From the NCBI RefSeq assembly GCF_009914755.1, contig NC_060945.1: DNA of 64,000 nucleotides. One strand, 5' to 3'. Made by a program: the position numbers and the translations under genes. The notes under the pieces are model-generated. The model searched no databases, was not told where the DNA came from, and saw only the letters and a list, made by a program, of their open reading frames with translations. Of this stretch, positions 33,501-46,659 are shown one piece after another. Within the stretch, counting starts at the first letter, position 1. Every line of letters begins with the position of its first letter. Source of the DNA: the human T2T-CHM13v2.0 reference genome, Homo sapiens.

Positions 33501-34508
33501 GATTGCCAAGAGAGGACGGTTGGCATTTACAACCTGGAACTAACGGCAGTTGATTGGATAAGTCCCCCCAGACCCCCTTTGGATGGTGGAGGAGCCCCCG
33601 TGTGCTCAGAAGCTGCCCTGGGAATCCCTGAGGGATGGTGCTGGAGCCAAGCTCCTTGGAGGACCAATGTTCTCCCTATCTGGTTTGGAAGCAGAGTAGG
33701 CTTCTGGGGACTTAGTCACTTTAGGATTCTTGGATCAGTGTGGGCAAAAGAGGCTCTGGAAGGGCCGATTCAACTTCCGGCCGAGGCGGCAGAGCATCCT
33801 CTGGGGAGGAATGCAGGTGGGAGGCGGGCACCCGAGCCAAGGGCAGCCCAGAGCTGCCCCCCGGCAGCAGCGCCCCTCCCGCCCCCCAACTTAAGGTCGC
33901 ACCCTGGGCCTCCCAAGCTTGGTCTCCTGCCCGCCAGCCCAGAGCATGCACCAGGACCAGCTTTGCAGGGCCCGGTGCGAAATGAAAACATCGCCCTTTG
34001 GCCAAAAGTAACCACGAATTTCCAGAAGGCGAGAGCTGAGCGAGAAGTGAGCACAGGGCCCTGGGGACTCCCCAGGTGGCTAGATGTGAAGTGGCCTCGC
34101 TGGGTCCCCTCCGGCCTCTCCCAGGCCCCTCTCACCAACCCATCTCTCGGCCATCACAGCTGTGGTTCCTACCTCTGCCCCACCCAGCCTCGGGCCCTGC
34201 GAGCCTCCGGGCCTCCCACACTGCCTGGGACAGGCAGGACTTCCTGTTTTACCCGCTACTGTTCAGAAGGCACAGAGGGACCCTGAGGAACGTGAGCTTT
34301 CTGAGATGGAGGCCAAGGACCACGGGGAGCGCAGTGAACACCGGGAATGGGGCTGGTGGCCCAGCATGCATTGTGGAAAGGCACGTGACTGCCCGGGACC
34401 ATTGGCAGCTCCCCTTCCTGGTGATTGGCTTAGGGAAGAACATGTGACCCAACAGGCCGGAAGTCCCCTGTGGAGTGGCTGGACGCCCCCGGGGAAGCCT
34501 CCCCCTAG

Positions 34509-35587
<1,079 letters not shown>

Positions 35588-35728
35588 TCACTCATGTTCA
35601 AAGAACTCGTGGCAGGCAGTAGTAACCATGGCAACAAAGGCCATGAATTCCTGGAAGTCACATTCGCCGTCTCCATCATTGTCCAGTGTTTCCATGACTT
35701 TGTCCACAACCTCCTGCTCTTTGATTTC
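35588..35728 (-). CDS. S100B: S100B exon 3 coding part (EIKEQEVVDKVMETLDNDGDGECDFQEFMAFVAMVTTACHEFFEHE*; canonical EF-hand)
   Basis: Acceptor tctcttAG at 35730-35729; 141 nt including TGA; EF-hand loop DNDGDGECDFQE. Confidence 0.99.
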   Translation of the reverse strand, partial: EIKEQEVVDKVMETLDNDGDGECDFQEFMAFVAMVTTACHEFFEHE

Positions 35729-36484
35729 CTAAGAGAGATAAAAGGAGTTGCCGACCTTGTTTTTAAATGGAATTTTGGACCATCAAAACATGATTAAAAG
35801 TTGAGTGACTCTGATAATTTGTGTCCGAAATAACCTAAGAACATCAAATGCAAAATATCAGAAAAGATGTCTCATGTGACCAGGGGGCTGTTGTCCAAGC
35901 AGAAATCTCTGGGGGTCAGTGTCTGGCCCTGAGCTACTGGAAAAGGCTGAATGGAACAGCCAAGAGGTGAAAAACTGAAGGTTGTTATCATACTTAAAAT
36001 ACCTGAAAAAAAAAAATACCATCTAGATCAGCCTGAGCAAATGTCTTGAAATAAAAATAAACTTTTGGCCCTCCTAAACTTTTCGTGTGTTCTGTGTGTG
36101 GAAGTCCCTGTCTCAAAGGCTTCCAGTGGAATTTAATGTTTTGAAAGTCTTCTTTGTTGCTGAAGTAACTCTTGGGAACGTGGCCTACATTTGTTAACCC
36201 TGTATTCTTTTTCCCACTTGAATTGCTTTCTAGGTGTCATGAAACTTTTTCCTGACAGTTCTGCCTGACATTGAAGCCAAATGAATGGTGTGGCTGTTAA
36301 GTGATGTGCACAGCCTCAGAGGAACAACCACAGTGCAGGGCTACAAACGTGGTGGGAAAAATTTGGGTATTGAACACTGATGAAGAGCATAAATGCAGAG
36401 TAACAATTCTCCGGGATAGGAAGGCTTGGCCTGAAGAAGTCAAGTGTAATGTACAACAGCTGCCTTGGCTATAAGACACACAGG

Positions 36485-36795
<311 letters not shown>

Positions 36796-37017
36796 ACAGA
36801 AGATTGTAACTCCACGGGGGTAGAGGTGGGGAGGCACCTGTGGATGGGCAGGAGCAGGGCACTAACTTCAATTATATTATACATCTGCTTCCGAACTGAA
36901 ATTACCTTGATAAAACAGGGCAGCAAATGTTTGTGATGCCTTGAAATGCTTACCATGAATTATTTATCATTTACAAATTGAAATTCCCAAGTGCAAAGCT
37001 TTTTCTATGTATAAAAA

Positions 37018-37170
37018 TAATAATAGTAGCTACTATTAGTTGAGCTTTCACTATATGTTAAGCACTTAAGCACTGTCCCGCTTCACCCTCACAACAGCCC
37101 TTGTTCAGAAGAAGAACCTGGGACTCTCAGATCAAGTCAGAAGGCAAGATTGGTGGAACTAGAAAACTGC
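37018..37170 (+). mobile_element. MIR remnant
   Basis: taatagtagctact...ctcacaacagccc motif; degenerate. Confidence 0.5.
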
Positions 37171-38502
37171 ATGTGTGAGTGGGACTGCTGTCACTCTGTC
37201 GGCTTGAATGCCTGAGAAAACCAGTCCTGGAATCAGATGTGGGGACACCCTCTGCAAAGTTTCAGGCCTGTCTGCTCCACTCTGAACCATTCACGGTGGG
37301 GCAGTGTTTGGTGGGAGTGGGGACAGGAGAACCAGCCAGCGCCCCCTCCCCCTGCCCTGAAAACACGGACTGCCGTGCTGCTGGAGCCAGGGCTTGCCGT
37401 CTTGCACTGAGAGGCTTGGCCAGCTCAGGAGGGCAGCTCCCCGTCCCCATGCAGCAGAGCCCTGCCCTGGTATTTATCCTGGAATAGGGCTTGGTGAGAC
37501 ACTAGTGCGCTGGCTCATTGTCTGGTCATTTATCCCGTTTGTGATTGCTCATATCAGTGACCCAGGAAGCCCTTCACTACGTTTCATATGTGCACACCAC
37601 TGGTGCTTCACTCTGGCTCAAGGCGTGCCTCAAGCCAGCCTTGGTTCTAAGAGAGCATCAGGTACCAGGGGGATCACAGTTCACTTCCATGAGGGCATGA
37701 GGTGGGCAGTAAAGACAGGTGGGTCTGATCCAAGGACAGTGGAGACGGTGGGTAGGAAAATGAGCCCTAATGCAAGGGTCTGGACATACTTCCACCACAA
37801 GCCACAGCGGGAACTGTCTGAAGAACAGGGCTTGCCAGGAGCCCCCACACAGCTTCCTAAAGTAGGGGCCCCAACTAAAGACAGTTCCTCACCAATATCC
37901 GTTACTCCACAGAGCCTCCTGCAAAGCCCCAGGGCTTCCAAAGGATGTGTACAGACCCCTGTCACGCCCTCAGTTAAGCCAGTCATGGTCATTCATCCAT
38001 GTGCCAGGCTGGGTGCCCCAGAGCAGAAGCCATGTCTGTCGTGCCTGCATATCTCACAGTTCTTAATTAGTGCTCAGTCAGTGTTTACTGAGTGAAAGTC
38101 TGGCATATCTTATCTCCATAGCAAATACTAAACTTCTAGCTAAAGCCAAAATATATCCTTTTCCTAAAAACATTCCCAAAGCTTATTTTTAACAGTTTCC
38201 TTTTATGTTCCCTTTGGTCCATGGTAAGTAATGAGTCTAGCATTATTTGGGACGCTTTGGCCTTTGGGACCTTGATGCACCTACTGTACACAAGATGGTT
38301 GATAAGGAAATGAAAACAAGGGGCTCATTTGAGCCAGCCCCACATTGAGGGTTCCGTTACTCAAACAAGTTTGCAGAAGCAGCCCAGGAGTCTTGGAAGG
38401 GAAATGAAATCACCTTCAGGGCAGCTGAGAAGATAAAGCCAGTGTACAGATGGATTTTAAGAGGAGATGGAGAAAGTGTCAAGTTTAAAAAGCAAGACTC
38501 AC

Positions 38503-38640
38503 CTCTAAGAAATGGGAAAGCTCATTGTTGATGAGCTCCTTCAGTTCGGATTTCTTCAGCTTGTGCTTGTCTCCCTCCCTTCCAGAATATTGGTGGAAAA
38601 CGTCGATGAGGGCCACCATGGCCTTCTCCAGCTCAGACAT
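38503..38640 (-). CDS. S100B: S100B exon 2 coding part ([46 protein letters not shown]; S100 pseudo-EF-hand)
   Basis: Acceptor cccctAG at 38643-38642, exon starts 38641, ATG 38640-38638, donor GTgagt at 38502. With exon 3 gives 92 aa matching human S100B as I recall it. Confidence 0.99.
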
Positions 38641-39605
38641 CCTAGGGGCTCGCAAAGGAAAGTTGCCTTCTCATCTATACCTCATCCTAAAACATTTCAT
38701 ATGTTATCAATACAGACCTCAACCCAGACAAGGGGGATGGAATGGCCTTGGCACTCTTTTCAAGCTCAGAGCAGCAGGCATGGCCTGGAGGGGCATTCTG
38801 GGAATTTGCACTTTTATCATAATCCTTCCACCGGCCTCTTAGACAGCTGTGGGCCTGCCTTCTCTGTCCGTGTGGGCCACGGGGATATATTCCCATGCCC
38901 TCTGAATTCTGGCTGGGTTGGGCCAACAGGGAAACTGGCAAAAATACAGAGGCAGAGCAGCAAGGGAATTCAGGGATTAATTTCCCCTGAATTAATCCCC
39001 ACAGGGTCCCTCTCTGTTCCTGCAAGGCTCCAAGATGAGGTGGTAGAGTGCAGGTGAGCAAACCATCAACTGCAAGCTGTTAAAATCAATCTGAAAGTGA
39101 GACAGTGACTAGGAGCAAAATAAGAAGACAAAAAATCAATAGCATTCCTATATTCTATCAGTAAAGAAGTAGAAAATACAGTGCAAAATATCCTATGCAT
39201 ATAGCAATAACATGTGATCTAAGACTAAGTTTAGGAAGAAAAACGTAGGTCCTTCCAAGAGATTCTGAGGAACATAAAATGTAGGAAGTTTTTCCTTTAA
39301 ATTCATATGTAAATTTAAATCATTTTTAATAAAAACAATGGAATTTTTTTGGATGGGTGACATGACAAAAACAGCTGTAAAATTCATCAGGAAAAATAAA
39401 TATGGTAGAATTGCCGCAATCTTTTTGAAGAATAACAGTGAAAGTTATTTGATCTACCAGGAAAAAAAAATGTATCCTAAGTTTAACTGATCAAATGGGT
39501 GTGGTTCTGTCGCAGGGAGGGACAGAATCCAGCAGAAAGCTGAGCTGCTGAGCCTGCATTCCACCTCCAGTGTACCGAAAGGGTGGCTCATTCACTGCAG
39601 TGACT

Positions 39606-39662
39606 GGGACGGCGGGAGGGGGTGGGGGGAGGGGGGGGGCGGGGGGGGGGGGTGGGGGCAGG
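39606..39662 (+). repeat. G-rich low-complexity tract (runs G3,G3,G5,G6,G9,G12,G5)
   Basis: Read directly from the sequence. Confidence 0.95.
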
Positions 39663-41278
39663 AATAGGTGTTTCTCTGCAGCTGTCAAAGTAAGAGCCCC
39701 CCTACCTCCCTCACAGCAAGTACCTTACGCCACAGCCTACGAACCAAGGAAATATCTGGTCAGTCTGGGAATGAGGCGCATTTTACAAAGGTTGCCTTGT
39801 CAGTTGTTTCACAAAACAGATGCGCAGTCAGAGAAATTTACCAGCTTTTGGCCTTGAGTTCTAATCATTAAATGAGAACATTTGCGCTGTCATAATTAAA
39901 AACAAATTAATAAATCAAATAGTGTTGAAAAATCATTCCCATGTTGAATATATAACTTACATCTTAAAAATAATTTGGAATTAGATGTTAAAAATTTTAT
40001 TTATTTCTGATCCTCCGAAGGAAACAGGATTGAAGATTTTTTTATACTGGCCAGATCTTTGCTAAAGTCATTCTATTAATAATCAGTGTACTTTATTTTG
40101 CTCTTGAGTCCCTAAAAATTTGATAATTCACAAATAGAACAATTAAGATGGATTAAAATCTTTAACATTTCATGCTTTCTTATTCTTTGCACTCAAGTTT
40201 TCAATTATTGATATATGCATGTTTGTATGTGTGTGTATTTTTTTAAACAAAACAAGACACTTTTACATCATTCTGATGCTCCTCAAAGTCCATGATGATT
40301 TGGGGAAAAGGAGGTTAAATTGTTTTTCTATGAATTGTGACTAATGGGATTATTACAAAGGAAAGGCATAAAACATGTATCCCATATATTAGAACACTAA
40401 TAGAAACCACTAGAAAATATGGTTTTCTTCATAACCACACTACAAATCAATTAAATTCTTGTTAAATTTTTCCCTTTGACCTAAGAAATAGTTGATGGTT
40501 TATAGTTTATCTTTTAAGAGAAATGGAAATAAATGTCCGTTCCTTTCTCACATTCTTTGAATGTCCTACATTAATCTTTTAATATTGAGAACAAGAGAAC
40601 TTTTGAACTTTAACTCCTTAGAAAGACAAGTTACCTAGCATGTGAGGATCCCTCTAAAGAAGGGGTTCGACCTCCCTGAGAAACTGTGAGACTGAGGAAA
40701 GTTAAAACCCACCAAAACCCCGATTTCTTTGACCCAATTTATTTGTAATTGTTACGTAATTTCTGAGTGGCGTCCTGGGGCTGTGGGGACCCTGGCACTT
40801 CAAACTGAGGGAAACTGGAAAACTGAAGAGTTACTTACCCAGGGCGGTGGAAGAAATATAAGGAGAAAAGGGAAGCATTTATTTATGATATAGGACTAAA
40901 CTAGCATTAGGTTCTCCATCATTTTTAGCCCCAGTGGGAAGCAAAATCTTTACTCTTCAAATAGTTACAGAAGAGGCAATATTTGTAGTACCGCTGGGAA
41001 AATGTCAACAATCACTTCTGGGCCATGAAACCTGACGTTTCTCTGATTTATGGCAAAACACACCTCTAGCTGTCTAGGGCTGATGCAGTCAGGTGTCCGC
41101 AAAGCAGCAGTAATGTGGAGATTAAAACACATCATCCTATTGACACTTCTGAAATGCTGCCAATTGTCCTAAAGGGGCTTTTTAAGCTACCACTTAGTTT
41201 CTACCCCTCCATTCCGTTCCACCCAAAAGAAAAGAACCATTTCTTCCTGAGCGTCCTCTTGGCCTGGCTCTTTCTCAC

Positions 41279-41388
41279 CTCTTCCTTGTCTCACCCCTTC
41301 CTGGTCTCCTTGCTGCAGGCGTCGTCTCTGCTGCGGGTCCTGGGCGGCAGGACTGGTGGGCAGAGGCAGCCTCTTATTCCCTCTGCCC
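41279..41388 (-). other. S100B: S100B non-coding exon 1 (TSS between ~41348 and ~41388)
   Basis: Donor AG|GTgaga at 41279/41278. Sequence matches the recalled S100B 5'UTR (...ggggtgagacaaggaagag|gATG). Confidence 0.85.
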
Positions 41389-41700
41389 AGGGAGGATGGA
41401 TGAACCCTGGTGCAGCCCACTGCAGGCCGTGGCAGCCAATGGGAGCCGAGGGCGGGGGTGGCAGGGCTGCCAGGCCTGCACACAGGGCTGCATTGACCAA
41501 GCAGCCCCGGGGACTTGCTGGGAGCCAGGATTGCACATGGGCTGAGGAAGAAAAAAGGGCCTGTAGGGCAGGAAGTGGGGAGTCAGCTTTTTGTGCGATT
41601 TCTTTATTACATGAATATTGATGTCACCCTAAAGGCAAGGTTGGGGGTGGGGAGAGGAGAGAGACTTGGATTAATTGATTCAAACAAAGCAAATGTGCAG
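41370..41700 (-). promoter_or_regulatory. S100B: S100B proximal promoter: TATA-like AATAAGA (41378-41372), CCAAT 41436-41440, GC box 41450-41455, ETS-like CAGGAAGT 41569-41576, SOX-like AACAAAG 41683-41689
   Basis: Motifs seen directly upstream of exon 1; function inferred from position. Confidence 0.7.
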
Positions 41701-43067
41701 CCAAGAACAAGCAGCTTCCAAGTACAGGCTGAGCATAGGAGATTAAGTGGCCTGCAAGTTGGTTTCTAATGGAGAGGCCCCTGGAGCTTCTCTCCTCTGC
41801 CATCCTCCAAGTCTGGCCCCACTGGGCGTGAAGTTCTGTGGACAGTAGTGCTTGTCTGTGGTCAGCCCTGGGCTCAACGGGGCTGCCTCAGAGAAGCTGC
41901 TGAGGCCAGTGTCTGCAGGGACTAAAACGGGTGGTACTTTTAGGGGAAAACGTGATGTGTGGACTGTATCCCAAGGCCTTTCCCTCCACCCCAGGGTGGA
42001 AGGTCACAGACTCTCAGAGTTGGACGATGCCTTAGAGATGTCCCGTTCGAACGCTGTTTTACAGAGGCGTGTGGACGGTGTGCCCCCTTGCTGAAGCCTC
42101 CAGCCAGCCTGAGGAAGGAGAAGTCCAGCTGTCCCCTCAACTCGCTCGACTGGAGCCTCTGAACACGGGGGCCAGTTTATGGGTTCTTCTTCACAAGAAT
42201 GAAGAAGTAGGTGTTCCTTCTGACAAATTACACAAGAACATTGGCCCAAACTCTCCAAAAATGTCCATGGTCCCCAATGGATGCCTGACCCAGCATCACG
42301 TCCTTCTCCCAACCCAGTTTCAAAGTGGCCGTGAAAGGGTTTCCCACAAGATATCTGTGTACATGGCTGTCTTGCTGTCATTGTTTTATCCAGGACGTTC
42401 TCTACCATTCAGGATCTGTAAGTGTGCCCTGGAAATAGCACAGGGCTGAGAGCTGTGGTCTTGCGTGGCTCAGCCTGCCCCAGCCTCCTGTGAGGAACAG
42501 CCTGAGCAGTGTGGTTGGCCCTCACTTCCTCATCGGCTTCACCACCCCTGGCTGTGGTCTCTGCTGAAGGATCTGACACAGGCTTGCTCTGTGAAGCACA
42601 GAGCTTGCCCAGGCCCAAGGAAGGCACAACTGTGCTCTGTGCCCCTTCCTCGCTCAGATGTTGGAGGGACCATTCCTGTAAGTGCTGACCACTTCCCCAG
42701 AGTGGCAACCTGAGCTCTGGATTAACCCTTCAGTGTCCATAGAAAACGCTCTAGCCTGCTCCTGCAGGGGTTAAAAATAGTTTGAAATCCACTCAAGCAA
42801 TGACCGTACACCTGTGCTTAGGGCACTGCGTTCAGCAGGAGGGCCCAGCCGGGCCTGCCCTCTGCACACTGCAGCTTCCTGGGATGGCAAGTGTGGGGCC
42901 GTGGGTCCACCCTGTTCCCAGGTCTTGGAAGCAGGCTGAGAGAGAGGATCTGCCACAGGGAGGAGAAGGGCTTTCAAGCGCTCTGGGGCCCCAGGATGGT
43001 ATTCTTTGCCCAGGCTCCCCAGGAGCTCGTGGATACAACCTCACCAGCTTCCCACAGATTCCTACAA

Positions 43068-43178
43068 TTGCTGGGTCTGAATCTTGGCTCCACCATTTAA
43101 CAGTGGTTTGACTTTGGATAAATTCCTAAGCCTTTCTGTGAAAGGGGTGACCGTAGTCCCTACTTTGCAGGGTTGTTC
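43068..43178 (-). mobile_element. MIR remnant
   Basis: ctgggtctgaatcttggctccaccattta...gactttggataaatt...ctactttgcagggttgtt. Confidence 0.6.
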
Positions 43179-43429
43179 TGGGTGTTTTTCCCTGACCTTC
43201 ACACTTCCTGATCACCCTGGCTTACCTGTCCTGACCCCTCAGTTTTAATCTTATCCCATTAGACTGGACAGCCACCAGATCCAATCATGTGTGACTCCCA
43301 CATTCACCCACCCCCTGCAGCTACATTCCACAGGAAGACCCTTCGCTAAGTAATGAGAAATGCATTATTGAGTGAGTGGAACACCTGAAAAGTTCCATGG
43401 TCTGTAGCCTACATATGACCATATGGATT

Positions 43430-46300
43430 GCTAGACTAGACCTCTGATTTCAGCGGGACGATAATATTTCAGAGTAGCAGGCTAAGACAAGGTGGGCATG
43501 TCAGCCATAAACAGCAGAAGGAACACACCAATAATCAGAATGCCTTGGTCCACAGAGATTTTTGGCAGTGGTCAATTGCTCACAGTGTTCCTTAGAATGA
43601 AGAGATGGACAGTCGCTAGAGTAGTCTTTAATCCACACAACAGGAAAACCTCTAGGTCTGGTCACCGAAATACCTAACTTGAATCACCACAGTGGAGATC
43701 ATGGGCTCTCTCCGAGTTTCCAGACCTAAGTTGGGTCAGACCTAGAGCATCTCGATTGAAGGGAGAAGCCAAGGCCCCTTGAGAAAGAATCTGTGCTAGT
43801 GAGAAAGAATACCATAAACCCTCTTCCACACCTTTTCTGAAGTGTCCTGCAGCCATCAACTAATGAAAAGGAAGTAACCTAGATGTCTCAGGGATTGCCT
43901 CAATTGACATAAATTCCTGGGAACCAAAAATGGCACTGTGGCTCACCAGTCAAAGCAGAAACTTGTGATGGTCAGTTCTTCACTTGATAGAGGTTCTAAC
44001 ATGAGACCGACTCACAGGGGTCCCAGTTGGTACACTATTCTCCCTATAGTTAGTTTTCCAGTTCCTGGTTGTATAATTGAAACAAACATACACTAGCTAA
44101 ATCCCCTCACTGGCTCTCTTACGTATGAGATGAGGACCATGATGGTAGGAGAAGTTTAGTGAAAGTCCCAGAACTTCCCCTTCTTATCCAGAAATACTAA
44201 ATCTCTGAAAGAGCTTTGGAGATTAATGCCACCATTAAAGGGTTGAAATAAGCAGGCACTGTGACACTTCTTACAAACCCATTTAACTGGCCACTTTGGC
44301 CTGTGCAGAACTCATATTGTTACCAGAAAAAGGGGTCTCGATCCAGATCTAAAGAGGGGATTCTTGGATCTCACGCAGGAAGGAATTCAAGGTGAGTTGC
44401 AGAGTGAAGTGAGAAGAGATAGTTTATTGAAAGCTCTTACATTCCATTACAGAGTAGGGCATCCTCAGAAAGCAAGTAGAGGAATGCACTGTCTTTAAGT
44501 GCATATATAGCTGTTTTGTCTATGTAAAGATTAAACTAAGCTGTGACTATATGCAGGCGAGCAGACAGCGTGGCAAAATTTATTATTCTATTGATTCAAA
44601 GAAAACTATCCTTAAGATTTTAGTGTGTGCGTACGTTAAAGCATAGCTCTTGTTATCTTGAAAGCGTATAGTGTTTGGGTATTGGGATGTCTGCACTCTC
44701 TGTTGTTGTAGCAGTGTGTCCTTGCAAGTATCGTTCAGCTGTTTCCTCAGCTATAAACATCTTAGGTCTATAGGTTTTGACTGCAAGAAATGTGCCTTGT
44801 TAATCTCAAAATGCAGCTGAACTTAAAGTGGCATTACTCTGACTCTCCTAGGCGCCTGCTTCCCTAACGATATGGATTATGAAGAATGTGGACTATTGCA
44901 AATGTAATCAGCTGGTGACTTCAATTACAGCTGCTGTACCAGATGAGAAATCTCTGCTGGAGAAAATCAACATATTCTCTGGCACTTTGCATGCAGGTAC
45001 TGATCTTACTCATGCTTTTTTCTCAAACCAGTTTGCAAGGACCACCAGAAGCAGTTTACTTTTACCTGACAGGGTGAACAGTATACACTCACAGTGTTGC
45101 CTGAAGGACATGCCAGTTCTTCTGCTCTAAGCAATGATATTGTCTGCAGAGATCTAGTCATCTTGTCAGTTCACGCAACATTACACTGGTCCACTAATAT
45201 TGACAATATTATGCTTATTGAATCTGAAAAAGAGGAAGTAGCAAAGGTGGGAGATGATCTCCACAAAACTTAGGGGCCCTCCACCTCAGTGAAGTTTCTA
45301 GCAGGTTCAGAGGTGTGGAATACGTTGAAATATCCCCTCCAAGTGAAAAACAAGTTGATGTATTTTGCGCCACCTCCTGTGAAAAAGAAACACAATATTC
45401 AGTTGGGCTTTGAGGATTTTAGATACAACGTTTATTATATTTGCATGTGCTACTTTCAGCCTATGAGGCTGGAAGTTTCAAATGGGGGTCAGAGAAAGTT
45501 TAGGCTGTAATGTAAGCTGCTTTACCACTTTGCTCATAGGATTCGGTAGATCCAGTGATATTTGAAGTGTCTGTGGCACATTGAAATGCAGTGTGGACCC
45601 TCTGACAAGCACCCATAGGAGAATTACAGCACAGAGCTCTGGGATTTTGGAGTAAGTCTACGTTCTCTTCTGCAGCTAACTGATCTCATTTTGAGAATCA
45701 GCATCTGGCTTGCTTTTGGGCCATAACCATGGGACATCAGGAGACCATGCAGCCTAAGTGCTATCTGGTCTACCTGGCCATAAAGTTGGGTGTGCATGTA
45801 ACAGCAGGGTACCGTCACATGGAAATGATGTATGAAGCTGATCTTAGGCAAATGTGAAGGTGCAAAAAGTGCATGAGTGACTCAGATTCCTTTGACACCA
45901 ACTCCTGTTACATTGCCTCCCCTCTCTCAATCCATGTCTATGGGCTCCTGGGATGTACCTTATAGCTAGTTGACCATGGAAGAAAAAAGTTCACCACTGG
46001 TTTACAGATGGGCTTGATATGTTGGTACTTCCCTGGATTGGACAGTCGCGGCACTGCAACCACAGTCAAGGATTATCTTGAAGGACAGTGGTGAAGGGAA
46101 ATCTTCTCAGAGGGCAGAACTTTGAGCAGTACACTTAGTTGCTTACTATGTTTGGAGTGAGAAGTGGCTGAAAGTATGGATCAGTATTAATTCATCAGCA
46201 GTTGCTAAAGGTTTGGTTGGTTGGCAACTTCAAAGGAATAGGATTGGAAAATTGGTGACGAGGAAGGCTCTGAAAGAGGCATGTGATGGACCTCCCTGAA
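43430..46300 (+). mobile_element. ERVL-class endogenous retrovirus internal remnant (gag/pol: RT, RNase H), split by MER41
   Basis: PFNWPLWPVQ|...VDYCKCNQLVTSITAAVPD..LLEKIN..DLTHAFFS resembles HERV-L RT. Degenerate YIDD at ~45195. WFTDG...KDSGEGKSSQ.AEL (RNase H) at ~46000-46130. Confidence 0.85.
44318..44869 (-). mobile_element. MER41-family (ERV1) solo LTR
   Basis: Ends tgttaccagaaaaaggggtctcgatccag... and ...gcttccctaac; 4-bp TSD atat (44314-44317 / 44870-44873). The ERVL RT frame resumes on both sides. Confidence 0.8.
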
Positions 46301-46659
46301 GGGGCTTATATTCCTGCTTCTAGTGGGACATGTGTGCTTTGTCTTGCTCCTGCTTCACAGCCCATCTGTGGTGCTTGTGCGTGTGTATATCTGGTGGTGC
46401 TCTGTTCCAGCCACATGTACAGAGAGGGCAGCCCTGGGTGACCTTGCAGCCTGGCCTGGGCCAGTGGCCGACCACTGCACACTCCAGAACTTCAGCTACC
46501 CAGCTCCTTCTGCATGTCCACCCACTGGCCTCAGCTTTCCTGTGCCCTGGGGTGTTGTTTCCTGCTGCACTGTCCAGGCTCACGTCCACAACTGGACCCT
46601 GACACCTTTAGTGCACCTAACCCCCAGCCTTGGCTCACCTGTGCTCTACAGGATTGTTT

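Noticed and set aside
37394-38095. 233-aa + strand ORF in S100B intron 2
   Set aside because: Non-ATG start, GC-rich random-like composition, no recognisable domain.
38512-39057. 181-aa + strand ORF over S100B exon 2
   Set aside because: Antisense shadow of the real coding exon extending into intron; no independent support.
39491-39857. Poly-Pro and poly-Gly ORFs
   Set aside because: Artefacts of the G tract.
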